Of a stretch of DNA of 64,000 bases, positions 58,661 to 64,000 are shown in pieces. Made by a program: the position numbers and the translations under genes. Every line of letters begins with the position of its first letter. Position 1 is the first letter of the stretch. The DNA comes from an uncultured Chloroflexia bacterium (GTDB lineage Bacteria > Chloroflexota > Dormibacteria > Aeolococcales > Aeolococcaceae): positions 151,295 through 215,294 of the forward strand of contig CAVOOO010000009.1 in assembly GCA_963697585.1 (NCBI GenBank), written 5' to 3'. Below the pieces are notes generated by a model. That model saw only the letters and a program-made list of their open reading frames with translations, was not told the origin of the DNA and made no database searches.

Positions 58661-59593
58661 GCCACAGCCTGGTGATCCTGGTCGGCGCCGGCGCGGTGAT
58701 CGCGCTGGTGGTCTTCCTGGCGGTCTGGATGATGGTGCCGTCGACCCCGCTCGGCAGCATCCTGGAGCAGCGCCTCGCCAGCGTGCCCAACGCCGCCTCC
58801 TACGACATCGACCTGGAGACCGGCGAGTTCACCCAGCCGGCGTTCGAGCGGCTGGTCCTGCCGATCCTCAGCGGCTTCGGCAACATCATCGCCAAGCGGA
58901 CCAAGGAGGGGCAGCTCCAGCAGCTGCGCAAGCTGGTCGCCAAGTCCGGCTCACGGCAGCGACCCGAGACCCTGCTGGCGCTCCGCCTCATCCTCCCGAT
59001 CGCCGGCGCGGCGGTCTGCCTCGGCCTCGCCGAGCTCCTGAACCTCAAGCCTCCCGAGAACCTCCTGATCATCGTGGTCGGCGTCATCGGCATGTACATG
59101 TACCCGACCATGTCGCTGGAGCGGAAGGCCAAGAAGCGGCAGAAGGACATCCAGCTCGCGCTTGCGGGCGTCATGGACCTGCTCACCGTCTGCATGGAGG
59201 CGGGGCTCTCGCTGGACATGGCGATCATGCGGGTCGGCGAGTTCGGACGAGTCCCTGCTCGCCAGGGAGTTCCAGAAGCTGCTCAACGAGGTCCGGCTGG
59301 GCCGGCAGCGCGGCGAGGCCATGATGGCCATGGCCGAGCGCAACGACGTCGAGGAGCTGACCGAGTTCTGCCGAGCGGTGGTCCAGGCCGAGCCCCTCGG
59401 GGTCAGCGTGGTCAACGTGCTGCGCATCCAGTCCGAGGAGCTGCGCCGCAAGCGCAAGCAGCGCGCCGAGGAGGCCGGTCACCGCGCCCCGGTGCTGATG
59501 CTCCTGCCGATGATGGGCTGCATCTTCCCGTGCGTCTTCGTGATCCTGCTGGGACCGGCGCTGGTGGGGATCTTCTTCAAGACCGGCACCTGA
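58657..59593 (+). pseudogene. tadC: Tad pilus platform protein TadC (T2SSF family), single-base frameshift as assembled (possible assembly artefact)
   Basis: ATGA overlap with tadB. In frame to LDMAIMRVGE. Removing one T at 59242/59243 continues SDESLLAREFQKLLNEVRLGRQRGEAMMAMAERN...GIFFKTGT* (59593). Confidence 0.8.
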
Positions 59594-59666
59594 TCGGCGG
59601 GGCGGAGCGGGGGAGGCGGCGCCTCTGAGGCCCGGGCGTCGGGCCACCTCCATCGCGGCGCGGCGG

Positions 59667-60371
59667 TCAGCCCACCTCCACCACGGTTCCGGTCGCACCC
59701 TCCCCGGCGGCGCAGAGGCCGGCGATGGTCGCGGCGACGTGCTCCGGCGAGACCGCGGCGGCGAGATCGGCGGCGCTCATCCACGCCCGGTTGGCGGGGG
59801 TGTCGATGGTCCGTGGGGCCACTGCGTTGACGCGGACCCGGTCGCCGGCCTCGGCCGCCAGCACCCGGGTCAGGGCGTGGAGCGCGGCCTTGGAGACCGC
59901 ATAGGCGGCGGCGCCGCCACCCAGGTCGATCCCGGACGCGGAGCCCACGTTGACGATGGCCCCGCCGCCCGTGGCGATCATCCGCCGGGCCGCCTCGCGG
60001 CAGGAGTACCACGCGGTCTCCAGGTTCAGGCGGAGCATCTCGCCCAGCAGCTCCGCCGAGCTGCCCACCACCGTGCCGGGGGCGAAGCCGCCGGTCACGT
60101 TGACCAGCCGCCGCACCTCGCCGAGGCCGTCCAGGCGGACCCAGAGCGCCGCGACGTCGGCGGGGTCGGAGAGGTCGGCGCGCTCCCAGCGGACCCCCGA
60201 CCTCAGTGCGGAGAGCCGCTCCAGCCCGGTGCGCGGCGAGGCGACGCCGACCACGGGATCACCGAGGGCGGCCATCGCGTCGAGGACCGCGGGGCCCAGC
60301 CCGCCGCTCGCCCCGCACACCACCGAGAGCCCGCCCTCCATGCCCAGAGACGATAGCCGGAGCGCGGCCAC
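59667..60371 (-). CDS. short-chain dehydrogenase/reductase (SDR)
   Basis: VVCGASGGLGPAV, YAVSKAAL. The ATG at 60341 is a possible start. Confidence 0.8.
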   Translation of the reverse strand: MAALRLSSLGMEGGLSVVCGASGGLGPAVLDAMAALGDPVVGVASPRTGLERLSALRSGVRWERADLSDPADVAALWVRLDGLGEVRRLVNVTGGFAPGTVVGSSAELLGEMLRLNLETAWYSCREAARRMIATGGGAIVNVGSASGIDLGGGAAAYAVSKAALHALTRVLAAEAGDRVRVNAVAPRTIDTPANRAWMSAADLAAAVSPEHVAATIAGLCAAGEGATGTVVEVG

Positions 60372-60424
60372 GGCCGGAGGTCCCGGGGGGAGCCACCTCG
60401 GGGCCCGTGCTCTACACTCGGCTC

Positions 60425-60868
60425 ATGCCAGTTCACGGTGAATACGAGCCCAGCACCGCCCAGTGGGTCCGCGACCAGGTCGCCGAGTACGAGGCGTCCG
60501 GCGGCACCCGAGCCAACCTCCTGCGCGACACCGGGTGGCCGGTGATCATCCTCACCATGGTCGGCCAGCGGAGCGGCAAGGTCCGCAAGATCCCGGTGAT
60601 GCGGGTCGAGCACGGCGGCCAGTACGCGATCGTCGCCTCCAAGGGTGGCACCCCCGAGAACCCGGGGTGGTACCACAACCTGGTGGCCAACCCCACCGAG
60701 GTGATGCTCCAGGACGGCCCGGCGCCCTTCGATGTCGAGGTCCGCGAGCTGAGCGGAGAGGAGCGGGCCACATGGTGGGAGCGGGCGGTCGCCGCCTACC
60801 CTCCGTACGCCGAGTACCAGACCAAGACCTCCCGCCGGATCCCGGTCCTGCTGGCCACCCCGGTCTGA
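60425..60868 (+). CDS. deazaflavin (F420)-dependent nitroreductase/DDN family protein
   Basis: 147 aa. VIILTMVGQRSGKVRKIPVMRV...YAIVASKGGTPENPGWYHNLVANP...RRIPVLL. Confidence 0.8.
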   Translation: MPVHGEYEPSTAQWVRDQVAEYEASGGTRANLLRDTGWPVIILTMVGQRSGKVRKIPVMRVEHGGQYAIVASKGGTPENPGWYHNLVANPTEVMLQDGPAPFDVEVRELSGEERATWWERAVAAYPPYAEYQTKTSRRIPVLLATPV

Positions 60869-61087
60869 GCGGGCCGGCGGTCCACCCCGCGGCTGCCCGG
60901 CTCCCGGTTCCGGATCGTGTCGCACGCGCCGAAGCTGGCACGGGTGGGTCGCGGAAGGCGTTGTTTCCGGGGATTGGGGTACCCTAGGGGAAGCCGCCCA
61001 ATTCGGGCGGGAGTCGCTCGTGGTCTTCCCCTTCTCGAACGGACCCGCGCGTCGTGAGTGATCCGAGAAGGACAGGAGAGACCAGGC

Positions 61088-61288
61088 ATGACTGGTACCG
61101 TCAAGAAAGTCGTGCAGGAGCGCGGCTTTGGTTTCATCACCGCTGAGGATGGCGCGGAGTACTTCTTCCACCGCAGCGGACTCGACCCGTCGCTCAACTT
61201 CGAGAGCCTGGCGGTCGGCGAGCGCGTGAGCTTCGCCGTCGAGACGAGTGACAAGGGCCCGCGCGCGCGTCAGGTTCGCGCCGCCTAG
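61088..61288 (+). CDS. cspA: cold-shock protein (CspA family)
   Basis: MTGTVKKVVQERGFGFITAEDGAEYFFHRS (RNP1/RNP2-like motifs), preceded by AGGAGAG. Confidence 0.9.
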   Translation: MTGTVKKVVQERGFGFITAEDGAEYFFHRSGLDPSLNFESLAVGERVSFAVETSDKGPRARQVRAA

Positions 61289-61304
61289 CACTCGGTGAGG
61301 TCCA

Positions 61305-61334
61305 CCGGCCGGCGCGGTTCACCGCGCCGGTCGG
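61305..61334. terminator. bidirectional GC-rich hairpin between convergent cspA and deacetylase genes
   Basis: CCGGCCGGCGCGG-ttca-CCGCGCCGGTCGG: a 13-bp stem with one G-U pair. No clear U-tract. Confidence 0.45.
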
Positions 61335-61356
61335 CGGCCACACTCGGCGGGGCCGA

Positions 61357-62160
61357 TCAGCCCGCGCCGGAGAAGAGGCTGTGCTCGGGGCGGTCCTGGA
61401 CCGGAACCCCGCCAGCCCGTACGTATCGCTCGATGCCGAAGGCTGCCTCGAAGAGCTCGGCGGCCACCGCGGCGAGCGCCAGCCCCGGGTGCATCTGGCT
61501 CAGGTGGCTGACGCAGGCGGCCAGCTTGAGGTCCAGGACGTCACAGACGTCGACCTCGGTGGTGATCTCGGAGTTGGGGACGCCCTCGGCCTGGCCGAGC
61601 TCTCCGGGGAGCTCGATCCCCGCCTCCCGGGCCACCGCGACGATGCCGCGGACGAAGCTGCGGGGCACCGCGTTCAGGTAGAGCTTGGCCGGCACCCAGC
61701 CCTCCCCGGCGAGGGTGTCGAGGGCGAGCATCGTCGATTCGTGGGCCTTGCGGTGGTCGGGGTGACGGTAGGTGCCGTCGGCGGTGTAGGTGACCACCAC
61801 CTCGGGGCGCTCCTCCCGCAGGATCACCGCCACGCGCTCCGCCGCCTCCCCCAGAGGGGCGCTGTCGAAGGATCCCGGGTCAGCGTTGCTGGCCGCCCCG
61901 GTCATCCCCGAGTCCCGGTAGCCCAGGAACTCCTGGCGGTTCACCCCCAGGATCCTGCAGGCGGCCAGGAGCTCCTCGGTCCGGATCTCGCCCAGGCTCG
62001 GGCGCGAGGCCTCGTCCATGTTGTGGACCTCGCCCTCCTCACCCCTGGTGGCGGTCACCAGGACCACCCGGTGGCCATCCCGGTGGGCGTGGAGCATGAC
62101 CCCCCCGGTGAGGATCGATTCGTCGTCCGGATGCGCATGCACCAGCAGGAGAGTCGTCAT
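61357..62160 (-). CDS. PIG-L/LmbE-family N-acetylglucosaminyl deacetylase (MshB/Mca-like)
   Basis: LLLVHAHPDDESILTGG...HPDH zinc-binding motifs. Confidence 0.8.
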   Translation of the reverse strand: MTTLLLVHAHPDDESILTGGVMLHAHRDGHRVVLVTATRGEEGEVHNMDEASRPSLGEIRTEELLAACRILGVNRQEFLGYRDSGMTGAASNADPGSFDSAPLGEAAERVAVILREERPEVVVTYTADGTYRHPDHRKAHESTMLALDTLAGEGWVPAKLYLNAVPRSFVRGIVAVAREAGIELPGELGQAEGVPNSEITTEVDVCDVLDLKLAACVSHLSQMHPGLALAAVAAELFEAAFGIERYVRAGGVPVQDRPEHSLFSGAG

Positions 62161-62264
62161 GGCCGGCCTCCAGGCGGGTTCGCGGGGCGGCTTGCCTCCC
62201 CATCATGGGGGTTGCGGCATGCGATTGCTGGTTCCGGCCGGATTGGTTCGGATCCGGCGGGGAG

Positions 62265-63074
62265 TTAGTCGGTGAGGGCCAGCCTCATCGCGGCCAGGTG
62301 CCGCCCGACCGCGTCGGGGCTCCAACCGTGGCCGCCCTGGCCGTCGACGACCAGCTCGACGTGGTCGAGCGGCGCCACCATCTCGCGAAGGCGGCCGACG
62401 TTGACCAGCCGGTCGTGCTCGGGCACGATGATCATGGTCGGCCTGGTGCGGCTGCGGACCAGCTCCAGGTCCTGGCGGCCGAGGGCGTCGTTCAGCCACT
62501 CCCGGGCGGCCCGCGGGTTGGCGCGGCGCTGGTTGAGGTAGTTGACGTCGGCGGTGTGGGGATCCACGTCCTTCCCCTCGATGGCCAGGCGCTTGTAGAG
62601 GTCGCTGACCGCGCGCTGCCGGCTGAGCCAGACCACCGCGGGCCAGAGCGCCCGGGAGGCGAGGATCCGGACCTGCCACCGGTACTGGGTCCGGATCAGC
62701 GCCTCGCCGAGCAGCGGCGTGTGCAGGATCAGGTGGTCGACGGCGTCCTCGTGCTCGCGGGCCAGGGCGCAGGCGACCGACGCTCCCAGGCAGAGCCCGG
62801 CGAGGTCGAAGTGGCGGACTCCGAGGTGTGCCAGCAGGGCCCACACCGAGCCCGCCATCGCCTCGGCGCTGTGCCGGGAACTCAGGGCGTCGGACTGGCC
62901 GTTGCCGGGCAGGTCGGGGGCGATCAGGGTGCGCTGGCCGGCGAGCGCGGCGAAGCGGCCGCCGAACTCCTCGCCCGAGCTGATGAAGCCATGGCAGAGC
63001 ACCAGGGGTTTGCCCTCGCCGCCGACGAGGTAGCGCACGCGCTTGCCCCCCAGGACCGCGAACCGCTCCTCCAT
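62265..63074 (-). CDS. alpha/beta-fold hydrolase
   Basis: Start MEERFAVLGGKRVRY at 63074. LVLCHGF oxyanion region. Nucleophile elbow position reads LAGLCLGASVA. Confidence 0.7.
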   Translation of the reverse strand: MEERFAVLGGKRVRYLVGGEGKPLVLCHGFISSGEEFGGRFAALAGQRTLIAPDLPGNGQSDALSSRHSAEAMAGSVWALLAHLGVRHFDLAGLCLGASVACALAREHEDAVDHLILHTPLLGEALIRTQYRWQVRILASRALWPAVVWLSRQRAVSDLYKRLAIEGKDVDPHTADVNYLNQRRANPRAAREWLNDALGRQDLELVRSRTRPTMIIVPEHDRLVNVGRLREMVAPLDHVELVVDGQGGHGWSPDAVGRHLAAMRLALTD

Positions 63075-63326
63075 GGGTGGGGGACCGGCGGCTTTCGGGA
63101 GGCGTTGGGCCCGGGCGCGCTCGACACCGACGACGCGTTGGCTGGGGTCTTCCGCGTCAGATTCCCTGGGTCGGTGGCTGCGTCGAACCACGTGACGTGA
63201 CGTCGGCCACCCGACCTCCCCATCCGCGGCGGGCACGGAGGAGCGAACGGCGAGCGTCTGACAGGCCTCCAGCCTGCGGGTCGGCGCGCCCCCTGTCTGC
63301 CCGCCGCCGTACCGATCCGGCGCGGA

Positions 63327-64000
63327 TCAGGTGGTCGCGGCGGCGTGCTCTCCATTGCCGGACGGTGCCACCACCCGGTCGAGCTGCCGCTTGATGACCG
63401 CGTAGCACTCGCAGGCGACGGATTCGAGGCCGTCACGATCGAGGATGGCGACGTGGCCGCGGTGGTAGCTGATCAGCCCGGCGGCCTGGAGGATCCCGGC
63501 CGAGAGGGTCACGGTGGCCCGGCGCGAGCCGAGCATCTGGCCGAGGAACTCGTGGGTGATGGCGAACTCGTCGACGCCCACACGGTCATGGCTCATCAGC
63601 AGCCAGCGGCTGAGCCGCTCCTCGTTGGTGTGGAGCCGGTTGCAGGCGGCCGCCTGGGCGATCTGACCGAAGAGCGCCTGCTCGTACTGGTGGACGATGA
63701 CGGCGAAGGCCCCGCCGCGGGCCAGCTCGTCGAGGAAGACCTCGGCATCGAGGCGCAGCGCGTGGCCCGAGACCTGCGAGATGGCGCGCACGTTGAGCGA
63801 GCCGCCCAGCACCATGGGCACCCCGACGATGCCCTCGTTGCCCACGGTGGCGACCTCGACGATGGCGCCGTCGTCGAGGGGGGTGACCAGCGAGATCACC
63901 CCGTCCACCGGGAAGTGGATGGTGCGGATCTGCTCTCCCGGCTCGAAGAGCACGGTCTTGATGCCCAGCGTCACCGGGACCATGCCGGCCGCGATGCGCT
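63327..64000 (-). CDS. Crp/Fnr-family transcriptional regulator (N-terminus probably beyond window end)
   Basis: cNMP-binding beta-roll (LFEPGEQIRTIHFPVDGVISLV) and C-terminal HTH (THEFLGQMLGSRRATVTLSAGILQAAGLISYHRG). Confidence 0.8.
   Translation of the reverse strand, partial: RIAAGMVPVTLGIKTVLFEPGEQIRTIHFPVDGVISLVTPLDDGAIVEVATVGNEGIVGVPMVLGGSLNVRAISQVSGHALRLDAEVFLDELARGGAFAVIVHQYEQALFGQIAQAAACNRLHTNEERLSRWLLMSHDRVGVDEFAITHEFLGQMLGSRRATVTLSAGILQAAGLISYHRGHVAILDRDGLESVACECYAVIKRQLDRVVAPSGNGEHAAATT

Overview
High-G+C (about 70% by eye) bacterial chromosomal segment. It looks actinobacterium-like: MshA/MshB-like mycothiol genes, an F420-type DDN-family reductase, a DUF222-HNH protein, an ECF sigma factor, many ATGA/GTGA-coupled genes and near-leaderless promoters. 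Left to right: a partial membrane serine protease; sulfate assimilation cysH-cysG-sir; DUF1801, SDR, a TetR remnant, ECF sigma plus membrane partner, REC-EAL; a DMT transporter and an FAD oxidoreductase. Next comes a lower-GC islet with a frameshifted secreted Cys-rich protein and a DUF222-HNH gene. Then thrC-paaI; a ferredoxin-NADP reductase whose last 178 bp are duplicated around a ~1 kb lower-GC insert; mshA-like GT4; pepN; marR/yceI/Rieske. A complete 14-gene complex I operon nuoA-N spans 27.2-42.2 kb, followed by an orphan histidine kinase. A nine-gene LysW-dependent alpha-aminoadipate lysine operon lies on the minus strand (44.4-52.9 kb) behind a promoter, mini-ORF and intrinsic terminator leader. 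The window ends with a 7-repeat CWAVG protein; cpaB-tadB-tadC without an ATPase; SDR, DDN, cspA, PIG-L deacetylase, a hydrolase and a partial Crp/Fnr. I saw no rRNA, tRNA, CRISPR array, or intact transposase or integrase. The most striking signal is four single-T frameshifts in the identical context C-GAG-T-TC, in nuoD, nuoF, nuoM and tadC. This is most likely a systematic consensus error at GAGTC sites, but it is non-random and worth checking. Other notable items: a structured 179-bp insertion between nuoC and nuoD that preserves a relay of ATGA stop/start overlaps, the fpr 3'-end duplication, the lysine-operon leader, and tandem copies of the lysW ribosome-binding region. I could not identify a clear new multi-gene system such as a defence island. 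All calls rest on reading the translations and sequence by eye.
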